Positions 20,385 through 30,482 of a stretch of DNA of 64,000 nt are shown in pieces. The notes under the pieces were generated by a model. It was given only the letters and a program-made list of their open reading frames with translations, did not search any database and was not told where the DNA came from. This stretch comes from Myxococcales bacterium (GTDB taxonomy: Bacteria; Desulfobacterota; Binatia; UTPRO1; JBBIJE01). The position numbers were made by a program, and so were the translations under genes. Numbering within the stretch: the first letter of the stretch is position 1; every line of letters starts with the position of its first letter. The stretch covers positions 17,008 to 81,007 of the forward strand of contig JBBIJE010000013.1 of the NCBI GenBank assembly GCA_037446155.1. Reading direction: 5' to 3'.

Positions 20385-21215
20385 ATGATGACGGTGTGGT
20401 CGAGGTGGTCGCGGTCTCTGGCCCTGGTCGTGGTTTCGAGCTTCACTTTCTCTTTCCTGGTTTCTCCCGCCCTTGCGCAGAGCAATGTGAAGCGAGAGGT
20501 GCTCGGCACCATTCACAGTCACAACAAGGTAGAGATCGCGGAGTCGTCGGGAGCCTGGACGGCTGCGAAGGCGGGCTCTCCTTTGGTAGAAAACACCTTT
20601 ATCCGGACGGGGCAGGATGGCGCCGGTTTGCTCGACTTGGGTCAAAACGGCGTGATCGGCCTTTACCCGGAAAGCCGGCTCTTTATCGGCACCCGGACCG
20701 GGGGTGTGGTGCCGGTCGGGCTGGAGTCGGGAGAGCTGGCCTTTCGGCTGCCTCAGGGCTCCAAAGTGGAGCTTCGCACTTCCGCCGGGATCATCAGGCC
20801 CTCGGGCGTCGTGGCGGTAGCCGCAGGCGGGTTCATCGAGGGATTCTTGAGCATCACGGCGCAGGGGGAGACCTCGGTGAGGGTGCAAAACGGATCGCTT
20901 ATGGTCAAGAGCACCGAGGGCAGCGACTTTCTGCCAGTCAAAGCGGGGCAGGAGGTGAAGTTCGGGGCCGGCCACAACGAGCCTAAAATTGTCGAGGCTG
21001 CGGCTTCGACGCTGGGGCAGGACCCTGCGGGGAAGAGCCAGCTTCGGCCGGCCGAGCGCGGACGCGCCATCCCGAACATCTTTGCCGAAAATCCCGAGCT
21101 TGCAGCGCTGATCGGCGGGCTCGCGGTCACCGGCGGCACTCTGGGAGGCCTTGCCGCGGCCGGCACGTTTGACGGGAACGACAACGAAGGAAGCCCCTCC
21201 CAGTCCGGGCAGTGA
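20385..21215 (+). CDS. secreted FecR-domain-like protein
   Basis: The ATG at 20385 is preceded by GGGGGAGG. Signal peptide ends in PALA-QS. The segment AWTAAKAGSPLVENTFIRTGQDGAGLLDLGQNGVIGLYPESRL resembles a FecR domain. Confidence 0.6.
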   Translation: MMTVWSRWSRSLALVVVSSFTFSFLVSPALAQSNVKREVLGTIHSHNKVEIAESSGAWTAAKAGSPLVENTFIRTGQDGAGLLDLGQNGVIGLYPESRLFIGTRTGGVVPVGLESGELAFRLPQGSKVELRTSAGIIRPSGVVAVAAGGFIEGFLSITAQGETSVRVQNGSLMVKSTEGSDFLPVKAGQEVKFGAGHNEPKIVEAAASTLGQDPAGKSQLRPAERGRAIPNIFAENPELAALIGGLAVTGGTLGGLAAAGTFDGNDNEGSPSQSGQ

Positions 21216-21346
21216 GCGAGGTGGGCTCGCCGCGCCTTCGCCTTCGAGGCGCGCAAGAGCGTTGCAGGGCGCGGCCCCGCAACGAGGCTTTGTCACCGGG
21301 GCCCGCTTCCCTGGGGGCGGACAGCGCGGGAAGGAGGTCGGGCGAG

Positions 21347-22378
21347 GTGCCGCGGGAAGTTGGCGGTAGGGCTGGCGGTCTCGGTAGCGTCTTCCTTGCA
21401 AGACGAATCGCTCCCGTTGCCGCAGCGCTCCTTCTTGCCCTCGTCTTTTCGGGCTGTTGGGCGCGAAAGCCACCCAGGCTTCCCGAAGACAACTCGCAGG
21501 CGCGCGAGATCGAAAGCCTGAACCGGGAGATAGCGGCGGCGGTAACTGGCGCCAAACGCGACTATACCATTGGCGCCGAAGACCTCCTCGAGGTAACCCT
21601 CTTCGATATCCAAGGAGCCGCCGGAGAGCCGCGTGTAGTCAAAACCCGCGTAAGCGCCTCCGGCCTGATCACGCTTCCTCTGGTCGGGCAGGTGCAAGCG
21701 GCCGGTCTTACGACTTCGGAGCTCGAGGCGAGCCTGCGGGAAAAATTCCGCAAGTTCATTCACGATCCGCAGATCACGGTCTTCGTCGAGGAGTACCGAA
21801 GCTACCGCGTGTCGGTGGTAGGCTACGTGGAGAAGCCGGGCGTGCTCGAGGTGAGCGGGGATAAGACGCTGCTCGAGGTGCTGGCCATGGCAGGCGGCTT
21901 GAACAAGGACGCGGGCAGGACGGTTCAGCTTACCCGCAACGTGGAGGGGGAGGTCAGAACCGCGATAATCGATCTCGACCGCCTCTCGCGCAAAGGAGAC
22001 GTAAGCCTAAATGTCGCCATGCTGCCCGGAGACGTGGTGAACGTTCCCAAAGCCGGCGTCTTTTACGTGGAGGGGAGCGTGCGAAAGCCCGGCGCTTACC
22101 CGCTCGTCGATACCGTGACGGTGACGCAGGCGCTGGCTACCGCAGGCGGGATCGATCCGCGCTTGGGCAAGGCGGGCGGGACGACTCTTTACCGGCGCTC
22201 AAAGGGGGGCGAGCGGGAACTCATCCAGATCGACATCGACGCGATCCGGGAAGGCCGGGCGGAGGACATCCTCGTCAAGGAGGACGACGTTCTCGTGGTT
22301 CCCATGAGCAGCGTGAAGTTCGTGGTGGATCGGTTCATCGGGTCGATCGGGATGGGACTTGCGATCCCGGCATATTGA
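21347..22378 (+). CDS. polysaccharide export outer-membrane lipoprotein (Wza/Poly_export + SLBB)
   Basis: Lipobox LVFSGC; DYTIGAEDLLEVTLFD...SGLITLPLVGQVQAAGLTTSELE (Poly_export) and SLBB-like repeats. The start is uncertain because the longest ORF begins at GTG 21212. Confidence 0.85.
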   Translation: MPREVGGRAGGLGSVFLARRIAPVAAALLLALVFSGCWARKPPRLPEDNSQAREIESLNREIAAAVTGAKRDYTIGAEDLLEVTLFDIQGAAGEPRVVKTRVSASGLITLPLVGQVQAAGLTTSELEASLREKFRKFIHDPQITVFVEEYRSYRVSVVGYVEKPGVLEVSGDKTLLEVLAMAGGLNKDAGRTVQLTRNVEGEVRTAIIDLDRLSRKGDVSLNVAMLPGDVVNVPKAGVFYVEGSVRKPGAYPLVDTVTVTQALATAGGIDPRLGKAGGTTLYRRSKGGERELIQIDIDAIREGRAEDILVKEDDVLVVPMSSVKFVVDRFIGSIGMGLAIPAY

Positions 22379-22459
22379 TCGGGCGAGACGGCGATTCGAA
22401 AATTTCCCGCTGGCGGAGAACCAGGAGGGAGGCCGCGTCGGGAGAAAAGGAGCGATGAG

Positions 22460-24745
22460 ATGAGCAACGACCTCGTGAACGCCGGGGCAAATGGACAGGA
22501 GCCGATACTGCTCAAGGACGAAGTGCTCCCGGCACACTATCGGCTTCGCTCGGAGGGGGCCGAGGAGGACCTCGCTCTTCGCGACTACCTAGACGTTCTC
22601 ATTCGCCGGCGCTGGACGCTTGCCGCCTTCTTCGTGATCGTGGTCGCCACCACCGTCTTTCTTACGCTGGTAAAAAGGCCCATTTACAAGGCTTCCGTGC
22701 TCCTCGAGATTCGCCAGGAAAATCCCAAGGTCGTGGCCTTCAAGGAGGTGATAGAAGCCCAGGCACATGGCTACCAGGAGTTTTACCAGACGCAGTACGA
22801 CGTGCTCAAGAGCCGAACGCTCGCGGAGCGGGCTCTGGCTGTGTTGGATGGGCTGGGCGTCTCCACGGGCACCAAGGGGGAAGGCCCGGGGCTCCTGGCT
22901 ACGGTACGGGCAGCCATCGCCTCCATCGTGCCGCGGCGCCGGGGGGTTTCGGTGGACGAGGAGACCAAAAAGGCCCAGCAGCGCGTGGAGCGGTTCCTCA
23001 AGCGAGTCGAGATCAGCCCCAGGCGAAATTCTTACCTGGTGGACGTAAGCTTTAGCCACCCCGACCCTCACGTGGCCGCAAAGACGGTCAATGTGCTGGC
23101 CGAGGAGTACATCAACATGTCGCTCGACCAGCGCATTCACGCGAGCGAGAAGGGCCGAAGGTTCATCGAAAAGCAACTCGGGATTACCAAGGCCGCGCTC
23201 GAGCGCTCCGAGGAGGAGCTCCAAGCCTTCTCCGAGTCCAATGAAATAGTTACCATGGACGAGAAGCAGAACATCGCCTACCAGAAGCTCGCGGATTTGA
23301 ACGAAAGCTTGACCCGGGCGCAAAGCGCGCGGATCGCCAAGGAGTCGCTCTACCGCCAGACGCAAAGCGGCGACCTTGGAGGCATATCCCTCATCGTGGA
23401 CAATCCTCTGGTGAAAAGCCTGAAGGAGGAGCTTGCACGCGTGGAGCTGCAACGCTCCAAGCTCGCGGAGACTTTCACGCCGGAATACCCGGAGATGAAG
23501 CGCGTACAGGGGCAGATAGCCGCGCTTAGGCAGCGCATTGGAGCCGAGGAGAAACGGATCGTGGCGGCGATCAGAGCCGATTACGAGGCCGCAAAGAGGC
23601 GCGAGGAACTCCTTTCGGCGGCCCTCGAAGAGCAAAAGAAGGTCGTGTCGGACTTTAACGAGCGGGCGATCGACTACAAGATCCTAAGGCGCGAGGTGGA
23701 CACCAACCGGGGGATCTACAACGCGCTGCTGCAGCGGCTAAAGGAAGTGGAAGTCACCGAGGGGATCAAGGCGTCCAACATCCAGGTCATAGACAAGGCC
23801 GATGTGCCGCTCTACCCCGACGAGCCTAGGCCGATGAGGAACCTGCTTTTGGCGATCGTCGTCGGGCTTATGGGAGGCGTGGGACTTGCCTTCGTGCAAG
23901 AGAATCTGGACTCGAGCCTAAAATCGCCGGAGGACGTCGAGAAATACTTGCTCCTTCCGACCCTTGGGATCATGCCCACGATCCGCCAGCGCAAGAGCAA
24001 CGGAGCCAAGCCGGAGGTATCGGCCGAGCTCGTGGCGCACGAGGAGCCGATGTCGCACGCGGCCGAGTCGCTTCGCACGCTCAGGGCTGCCCTGTTTCTG
24101 GCGACCGCTTCGGGTCCGCCGTCTAGGCTGATAGTGACGAGCGCAAGGCCGCAGGAGGGGAAAAGCTGTGTGGTAGCCAATTTGGCGGTCAGCCTCTCCC
24201 AAATGGGCAAGCGGGTCGTCCTGGTCGATGCCGACTTGCGCCGGCCCAGGCTCCATCGGATCTTCGACGTGGAAATCTCTCCCGGGGTTAGCAACTACCT
24301 GACCGGAGCCCGTCCACTCCCGGAGCTTTTGCGCAAGACCGCAGTCCCCTCGGTGGATCTCGTGGCGAGCGGTCCGATCCCCCCGAACCCGGCCGAGCTT
24401 TTGGATTCCGAGCGGATGAGACTCCTCTTGGAAGAATTGGAGAGGCGCTACGATTTCGTCCTCTTGGATGTGCCGCCCACTTTGGGCTTTGCCGACGTGC
24501 CGCTTCTTTCTCGGTTTGCGGGAAGCGTGCTGCTGGTCGTGCGCTCGGGGGAGACGCCGCGCAAAATCGCAAGGCGCGCCGGCGACTACCTCCTTAGGCT
24601 TCAGGCCAAGATCCTCGGCGTGGTGCTAAACGATGTGGCGGCGGACCGCCCCGGTTATTACTACTACGACTACTACGGCTACGGTTCTTACTACCGCTAC
24701 AATCCGAACCGCGAGCCGACGCTCGAGCTTCCCAAGGCGAGTTAG
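22460..24745 (+). CDS. polysaccharide co-polymerase / BY-tyrosine autokinase (Wzc/GumC-like)
   Basis: Wzz N-terminal domain, long coiled coil, Walker A SARPQEGKSCVVANLA, Walker A' VLVDADLRRP, and a C-terminal tyrosine cluster YYYYDYYGYGSYYRY. Confidence 0.9.
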   Translation: MSNDLVNAGANGQEPILLKDEVLPAHYRLRSEGAEEDLALRDYLDVLIRRRWTLAAFFVIVVATTVFLTLVKRPIYKASVLLEIRQENPKVVAFKEVIEAQAHGYQEFYQTQYDVLKSRTLAERALAVLDGLGVSTGTKGEGPGLLATVRAAIASIVPRRRGVSVDEETKKAQQRVERFLKRVEISPRRNSYLVDVSFSHPDPHVAAKTVNVLAEEYINMSLDQRIHASEKGRRFIEKQLGITKAALERSEEELQAFSESNEIVTMDEKQNIAYQKLADLNESLTRAQSARIAKESLYRQTQSGDLGGISLIVDNPLVKSLKEELARVELQRSKLAETFTPEYPEMKRVQGQIAALRQRIGAEEKRIVAAIRADYEAAKRREELLSAALEEQKKVVSDFNERAIDYKILRREVDTNRGIYNALLQRLKEVEVTEGIKASNIQVIDKADVPLYPDEPRPMRNLLLAIVVGLMGGVGLAFVQENLDSSLKSPEDVEKYLLLPTLGIMPTIRQRKSNGAKPEVSAELVAHEEPMSHAAESLRTLRAALFLATASGPPSRLIVTSARPQEGKSCVVANLAVSLSQMGKRVVLVDADLRRPRLHRIFDVEISPGVSNYLTGARPLPELLRKTAVPSVDLVASGPIPPNPAELLDSERMRLLLEELERRYDFVLLDVPPTLGFADVPLLSRFAGSVLLVVRSGETPRKIARRAGDYLLRLQAKILGVVLNDVAADRPGYYYYDYYGYGSYYRYNPNREPTLELPKAS

Positions 24746-24943
24746 GGATCTCTGCCGAGGCGGGGTGGAGCGCGCGAGGGCGAGGAGCGTTGGCGGGAGT
24801 AGAGCTCGGGGGGCAGGGGAGCTTGGGTCGATGACCGTCGGCGAGGAAAGCGCCTGCGCGCTTGCATCGCATGGTGCGTGGAGCCTTGGGGTGGGGCGCT
24901 TGGCGTCGCTTTTCTGGCCGCGCTTTGAGCCTAGTGGGGGCCG

Positions 24944-26281
24944 ATGGGCCAAGGTTGGATGGAGCGCGCGCTGCGGGTAGGCGTTGCCGTAGGCATCGTT
25001 GCGCTCGCTTGGAGTAGCCTGAAAGTGATCGGGATTTCGTGGCTCGGGTCGAGCGAGCCTGATCTCGAGCGCGGCCGGCGGCTCGTGCCCTCGAACGCGG
25101 CCTTTGCCCAGGCGCTCGCCCGAAAGGCTCTTCTTCGGGGGGAGGCCTCGGAGGCGCTTCGGCTTGCCGAGGAGGCGATAAGGGTTTTTCCTTACAGGGG
25201 ATCGGCTTGGCTGGACCTGGCCGAGGCGAGGTTGAAGATGGGCGATAGGGAGGGCGCGCTTCGCGCCGCACAGACCGCCTCGATGCTCGGGCCGAGCAAG
25301 GGAAAGTGGAGATGGCGCGCCGCGCGGCTTTTGCTCCAAGCGGGATGGGTGGAGCAAGGGGCGGCGGAGCTTGCGGCGGTTGCGCGGATGGACGCGAGCA
25401 GGCGCCACGACGCCTACGATCTCGCTTGGACGGTCTTCGGGGAGCAGGATTTCGTCCTGCGGCGGATCGTTCCGCAAGATCCAAAAGCCCGGCTAGATTA
25501 TCTCTACTACCTGATGGCTCGCCAGAGAGTGGGGGCGGCGGTGCAAGCTTGGGCAGTGGCGAAGTGGGCGGCAAGTCGCGCCCAACGCTTGTCCTATGTG
25601 GATTTTCTTTTGGCGCAAGGCGAGGTGGAGGAGGCGTGGCGGGTTTGGCGGGATATGTTTCCCGAGGCTTCGGTAGGCTCGATTCAGGATGAGTCGTTCG
25701 AGGCGGCGCCGGTGGGCTATGGGTTTGGCTGGCGGGTCGGGGGGACGCAAGGGGCGGCGGCCCGAATCGAAGGCGGGCCGCAGGGCGGGGAGCGCGCGCT
25801 CGTGGTAGAGTTTTCCGGCGAGAATCCGGATTTCAACCATGGCTATCAGATCGTCCGGGTCGAGGAAGAGAGAAAGTACCGGCTTCGGGCGAGGGTGCGT
25901 TGGGAGGGGGTGACGAGCGCAAGCCCGCCTCGGCTTTTCGTCAGGGATTATCGCGGCTGCGCGGGCTTGAACGTGGCGAGCGCGGGCTTCAAGGGAAGTG
26001 GCGGGACACTGGTCGAGCTGGATTTTGCCACCCCCGCGGGGTGCCGGGCAGTGGTGGTGGGCCTCGAGCGGCAAAGGACGCACAAGCTCGACCGCAATAT
26101 CACCGGTAAGGTTTTCCTTACCAGAGTCGAGCTCTCAGTGGTGCCCGCCAAGGCGGCGGTTCCCGGCCGCTCGGCGGCCGGCCAGCTCGAGGGAGCCAAG
26201 GGTGCGGCGGATCTTTCCCCTGCGCCGCCCGCTCTAAACGCGGCAAGCGGAGGCCGGAGGATGGGCGTTTTGCTCGGCTGA
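24944..26281 (+). CDS. membrane-anchored TPR-repeat protein with C-terminal beta-rich (CBM-like?) domain
   Basis: N-terminal hydrophobic helix and TPR-like A/L-rich repeats (AWLDLAEARLKMGDREGALRAA...). The C-terminal half is beta-strand-like. The domain call is inference only. Confidence 0.6.
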   Translation: MGQGWMERALRVGVAVGIVALAWSSLKVIGISWLGSSEPDLERGRRLVPSNAAFAQALARKALLRGEASEALRLAEEAIRVFPYRGSAWLDLAEARLKMGDREGALRAAQTASMLGPSKGKWRWRAARLLLQAGWVEQGAAELAAVARMDASRRHDAYDLAWTVFGEQDFVLRRIVPQDPKARLDYLYYLMARQRVGAAVQAWAVAKWAASRAQRLSYVDFLLAQGEVEEAWRVWRDMFPEASVGSIQDESFEAAPVGYGFGWRVGGTQGAAARIEGGPQGGERALVVEFSGENPDFNHGYQIVRVEEERKYRLRARVRWEGVTSASPPRLFVRDYRGCAGLNVASAGFKGSGGTLVELDFATPAGCRAVVVGLERQRTHKLDRNITGKVFLTRVELSVVPAKAAVPGRSAAGQLEGAKGAADLSPAPPALNAASGGRRMGVLLG

Positions 26282-26293
26282 GGGGAGCGGCGG

Positions 26294-28489
26294 ATGGCGG
26301 CCAGGAGAAAAGCCGAGCGGGCGATTAAACGGCTGCTCGTCGCCAATACGCTGGAGGATCTCTTCAAGGGCGGGGTCGAGGAGCGGCGCATCACCTTCCA
26401 GGTTCTAGCCGACTTGGCCGGCTGTGGTGAGCGGTACGGTAGGGTCGCCGAGCGAGTCGCCGGGCGCGCCGGAGTGAGCTACCGTTACCTTCGGGACCGC
26501 GCGCTGGTATTCACCGCTTCGATCAGCGAGATTCGAAGTCACGATTTCTTTCGGCGACTTGGCGTGCCGCCCTCCGCGACTTTAGAGGAGATACGAAAGC
26601 GTTGGCGGGAGGTGGTAAAAGAGACCCACCCCGACGCCTCGGGGGGGGACAGCGAGTTGTTTCGCGAAGCGCGCGCGGCTTACGAGGCTTTGACCGATCC
26701 CGCAAGGCGCGCTCTTTACGACGGTTACTGGGCAAAGCGCATCGCGCCGGTCGAGGAGGCCATCGTCCTTGCGTCGGCACCCTCGCCGACCTCCCGCTGG
26801 AGCCGGATCCTGCTCGAGACGAGGACCCGACTGGTGCGCTGCCAGTCGGCGTTGGCGCGCGCGCTTGGGCGTGCGGGCAAGAGCGGGGGGCGCGCGGTTG
26901 GGGAGACGGTACTGGCGGCGCGCAAGCTTCTCGGCCGAGCTCTGGCGGCGGTGGGTCGGGCGGGCGCTTGGGTTGTACGGGAGCCCCTCTTGCTCGGGAG
27001 GCGCATTGTGCAGGTTTTCTCTACCCGTGTTTTGGATGCCGGCCGCGCGATCGGGCGGTGGTGCCGCGGCGTCGCCGGGCAGGCGGGACCTCTCGGATCC
27101 ATGGCCTACGGAAGATTTGCGAGAGGCGCAAGAGCCTGGGTTTTTGGGCTCCGCTCGGCGCTTCTTGCCGGCATCGCGAGTGGGAAGGCCGCGCTTCGGG
27201 TGGCCGCAGGACGCGCCAGGGGCGTTTGGCTCGCCGCGCGGGGTTTTTCCGCGCAAGAGTTGCTTGGCCGGGCGGCCGGCGGGGCGAGAAGAGCCGGGGC
27301 GGCGCTCTCGGCTTTTCGGCAGAGGCAGATAGCGGCTCTAGTAGTCTTTACCGTAGGATTCGTTCTGGCGACGATGGTTGCGAGAAATTTGCCGTTAGGG
27401 CGTTTCGAACAGGGTGAGTTGGGCTTGGACCCGGTGGGGAAAGAGGGGAGGCCGCTCCCTTCGTCGACGGATGAGACGTTGGCCGAGCTCTGGTTGGGGG
27501 AGAAGTCTTGGGGCGACTCTTCGAGGTGGATTGGCACTGGGTCGAGCGAGGGGGAGAGATCCGAGACGAGGAAGCGCGTCGAGCGCGCGCAAGAAGCGGC
27601 TTTTGGAACCGAAGAAGGGGCCGCAGGCGAAGCGCCCGGCAAGGGACGAAGCGGAAGGGCGAAGCGCGGCGCGGAAGGAGCCCAAGGAAGGGCGTCTGCG
27701 AAAAGGCAGGACGCAAGGGAACCAGCGGCAGCGAAAGATAGCGCGGCGCTCCAAGCTAGGGCGCCGCGTCGCGATCTTTCGGCAAGCGCGGTGCTCCGAG
27801 CGCAAGCGCCCGCAGCCGGCGGGGTCGCGGCGCCGCCACCGACAAAGGCTAGCGAACTATCTGTTGCGCGCACGCAAGGGACGACGGATCTGACACAGCC
27901 AAAGGGGCGAGATCGCAAGCAGGCCGAGCCGAAGTCGCTTTCCAAGCGGGCTCGGGCGCCACTAGCCGGCCCGCCTGGACGCGGTACTGTAGATCGCGCG
28001 AAGGCTTCCCAGTCGGACTCGGAGCCTTCGGCACAGGGCTCGCAGGGGCAGATCGAAGCTAAGCAGGCGGATGCGCAGCCCCATGGTATTTCGCACAAGG
28101 TAGCGCCTCCCAAGGAGGTCACGGCCGAGGAAGCGGTAAGTTTCATCGAGCTTTTCCGAAAACGGTACGAGGAGCTCGACGCCTCTCGCCTAGGCGCGCT
28201 TTTTGCGGAGGACGCGAGCGAAAACGGCGTCGTCGGTCGCGGACGTATCGCCTCGGCGTACGAAAAGGCGTTTGGGACGCTCGACCGCGCCCGGTACTCT
28301 CTCGGCCGCCCCGACGTGCGCCCCCTCGGCCCCTGGGCCGACGTGACGGCTCCTTTTACCATTGCTTATCGAGATGCGGACGGCCGCTACGGCGAGGTGG
28401 CGGGCCGTGCCCGCTGGTGGCTCGTCCGGGATGGCCACGCCCTCAAGGTACTGAGGCTCGAATACGAGATCGACCGCCGGGTCCAGTAA
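26294..28489 (+). CDS. J-domain protein with one TM helix, a low-complexity linker and a C-terminal NTF2/SnoaL-like domain
   Basis: J-domain DFFRRLGVPPSATLEEIRKRWREVVKETHPDASGG...AYEALTDPARRALYD contains HPD. TM helix is IAALVVFTVGFVLATMVA. C-terminus EEAVSFIELFRKRYEELDASRLGALFAEDA...WWLVRDGHALKVLRLEYE resembles a DUF4440/SnoaL fold. Confidence 0.75.
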   Translation: MAARRKAERAIKRLLVANTLEDLFKGGVEERRITFQVLADLAGCGERYGRVAERVAGRAGVSYRYLRDRALVFTASISEIRSHDFFRRLGVPPSATLEEIRKRWREVVKETHPDASGGDSELFREARAAYEALTDPARRALYDGYWAKRIAPVEEAIVLASAPSPTSRWSRILLETRTRLVRCQSALARALGRAGKSGGRAVGETVLAARKLLGRALAAVGRAGAWVVREPLLLGRRIVQVFSTRVLDAGRAIGRWCRGVAGQAGPLGSMAYGRFARGARAWVFGLRSALLAGIASGKAALRVAAGRARGVWLAARGFSAQELLGRAAGGARRAGAALSAFRQRQIAALVVFTVGFVLATMVARNLPLGRFEQGELGLDPVGKEGRPLPSSTDETLAELWLGEKSWGDSSRWIGTGSSEGERSETRKRVERAQEAAFGTEEGAAGEAPGKGRSGRAKRGAEGAQGRASAKRQDAREPAAAKDSAALQARAPRRDLSASAVLRAQAPAAGGVAAPPPTKASELSVARTQGTTDLTQPKGRDRKQAEPKSLSKRARAPLAGPPGRGTVDRAKASQSDSEPSAQGSQGQIEAKQADAQPHGISHKVAPPKEVTAEEAVSFIELFRKRYEELDASRLGALFAEDASENGVVGRGRIASAYEKAFGTLDRARYSLGRPDVRPLGPWADVTAPFTIAYRDADGRYGEVAGRARWWLVRDGHALKVLRLEYEIDRRVQ

Positions 28490-28594
28490 GGGGCAGGGCG
28501 TTATCGTTTGCGGCTTGCCCGAGTGGGCTTTGGCGCTTGCGCCGAGCTTCTCGAGAGCGCTTGTGACGGCCTCCAGGCCCTTGCCTAGCTTCTT

Positions 28595-29647
28595 CTACAG
28601 GTCCGGGTGCGCGCGGACGAAATCGACCATCTTCTGGACGTAGCTCTTGAAGGGAGGGCAGGAGATACCCGATCCGCGCAAAGCCGCCTCGGTGTTTCTG
28701 GTGTCGTACACCGTGTACTGGTTCATGTACGGGATACTCTGCCACGGGATGCCGAGCAGGCGGCTCATCCCCGGCGCTTTGAACATCGCAAGCGCCACCG
28801 ACTCGGGTATCGAAAGCGCGGGCGGCTTTCGCCCCAGCGCCTGGTAGATGGCGCTCATCATCTCGCGCGCGGTCGGTGGGTCGGGATCGGCCAGGTGAAA
28901 GGTCTTCCCGATCGCCTCGGATTGCCTGGAGATATGGGCCATCGCGTCGGCGATGAAGTCCACCGGGACGACGTTGAACGGCACGTCCCCCCTGCCGATG
29001 AACGGCATGGGCATCCAGGGCACCTTTACCAGGGCGCGAATGGCGAGGTAGGGGCCGTCGTACTTGTCGGTCTCGCCGGTTTTCGAATCGCCCACGACGA
29101 CCGCGGGCCGCAAGATGATGGTTGGTATCCTATCCATTCTGTGGCGGACCAAGACCTCGGCCCAGTGCTTCGTCTCGTCGTAGTTGTTGTTGAATCCGTG
29201 CGTGGAATCGAGGTCTTCCTCGAACACTACCCCGCGCCGCCTTCCGGCCACGACCACGGTGCTCACGTAATCCAAAACCCGCAAGCTCTTTACCGTCTCG
29301 GCGAAGCGCAAAACGTTTGCGGTTCCCCCGACGTTCACCTTGCGGGCCAAATCGGCTTCGACGGCGAGGTCGTAGACCGCCGCAAGATGGAAGATCTCGG
29401 TGATCTCGCCGGCAAGGGCGCTTCTTTCGGAGGGGCTAAGTCCGAGATCGGGGTGAGTTATGTCGCCCGAAAGGAACCTCAAGCGCTCCCGCGCCGGCCC
29501 CAGCTCGGCTGCCTCTCGTTCGGCCTTGTTGCGGAATCTGTGCTCGACCAAGCACGTAACGCGCGTATCCGGGTCGGCCAGAAGCTTGCGTACGACCCTG
29601 CGACCGATGAAGCCGGGAAATCCCGTGAAGAAAACGCTCCGCGCCAT
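28595..29647 (-). CDS. SDR-family NAD(P)-dependent reductase/epimerase (thioester/acyl reductase-like)
   Basis: FFTGFPGFIGRRVV Rossmann motif and the YDETK catalytic Y-x3-K; NAD_binding_4-like overall. Confidence 0.8.
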   Translation of the reverse strand: MARSVFFTGFPGFIGRRVVRKLLADPDTRVTCLVEHRFRNKAEREAAELGPARERLRFLSGDITHPDLGLSPSERSALAGEITEIFHLAAVYDLAVEADLARKVNVGGTANVLRFAETVKSLRVLDYVSTVVVAGRRRGVVFEEDLDSTHGFNNNYDETKHWAEVLVRHRMDRIPTIILRPAVVVGDSKTGETDKYDGPYLAIRALVKVPWMPMPFIGRGDVPFNVVPVDFIADAMAHISRQSEAIGKTFHLADPDPPTAREMMSAIYQALGRKPPALSIPESVALAMFKAPGMSRLLGIPWQSIPYMNQYTVYDTRNTEAALRGSGISCPPFKSYVQKMVDFVRAHPDL

Positions 29648-29740
29648 GGCTCGCTCCTTTCGCCGAGTATTTTACCGCCGGCTCCCCCACCGCCGCACAA
29701 TGGTAGGTCCTCCTTCAGGCAGAAGCAACCCGCTCTACGG

Positions 29741-29843
29741 CGTGGGGCCGCGTGGGGTCACCGCGTGGCCGCGTGGGGTCAGGTCTTGCCATGCAGCGGG
29801 GTCAGGTCTTGCCATGCAGCAGGGTCGGATCTTGACGTGAAGC
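29741..29843 (+). repeat. REP-like repeat cluster A (3 x 23 bp tandem units plus CGCGTGGGGTCA units)
   Basis: GGGGTCAGGTCTTGCCATGCAGC occurs at 29775-29797 and 29798-29820. A variant AGGGTCGGATCTTGACGTGAAGC is at 29821-29843. Short CGTGGGG(TCA) repeats precede them. Confidence 0.85.
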
Positions 29844-30158
29844 GGCCCGCATCCAATCAGACGGACGTTGCGCGGGAGCGGGTACCAGCGAATGCGCTAG
29901 GCGCGGTTGCGAACGTGCGCGGGGTGCCCATTTGCCCGCTTCTGCGTGCGCAAGGGCGGCGAGCTGGGAGGGCCGACGGTAGAAGGGCCGCGAGGCGGAG
30001 AGCGGCAAGACGAAACACAAGACGCTGGCGCGGTGCTCAGTGGACAAGTGAAAAACAAAAGCCCCCATGCAAGAGGCGGTGCGCCAGCTTGACAAGCGGC
30101 GAGTTAAAAGATAGAGGGCGCGGACCGCGAAACGGAGTCGCGGAGAAAGGGGAAGAGC

Positions 30159-30482
30159 ATGAAATTGATTCGTGGCCTGGAGTTGCTGGCCGTCGTCGGT
30201 GCGCTTGCGTTCTTGACGGGTTGCGGCCCGACGGTGGCTTCGCCGGCGATGGGCATCCTCTACACCGATGTCACTTGGGGGGGTGACGCCGAGGCCGGCG
30301 GTGGGTTCAAACAGGGGAAGGCCTGTGCGCAAGCCTTTCTGGGAATGGTCGCAACCGGCGACGCGAGTGTCGAGGCCGCAAAGCGGGCGGGCGGAATCAA
30401 AGAGGTGGCGTCCGTCGACCATTACTCGCATTCGATTCTCGGCATAGTGGGTGAGTTCTGCACCATAGTGACCGGACAGTGA
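30159..30482 (+). CDS. TRL-like family lipoprotein
   Basis: Lipobox FLTGC; GILYTDVTWGG...SVDHYSHSILGIVGEFCTIVTGQ resembles the TRL domain. Confidence 0.7.
   Translation: MKLIRGLELLAVVGALAFLTGCGPTVASPAMGILYTDVTWGGDAEAGGGFKQGKACAQAFLGMVATGDASVEAAKRAGGIKEVASVDHYSHSILGIVGEFCTIVTGQ

Noticed and set aside
21080-21215. PEP-CTERM-like sorting signal at the C-terminus of the FecR-like protein (NPELAALIGGLAVTGGTLGGLAAAG...).
   Set aside because: There is no P-E-P motif, the hydrophobic stretch is Gly-rich and weak, and the tail is acidic or polar rather than Arg-rich. No exosortase gene is in the window.
24594-25574. 326 aa and 283 aa Pro/Arg-rich minus-strand ORFs across the wzc end and the TPR gene.
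   Set aside because: They are antisense to supported genes, extremely biased in composition, and lack domains.
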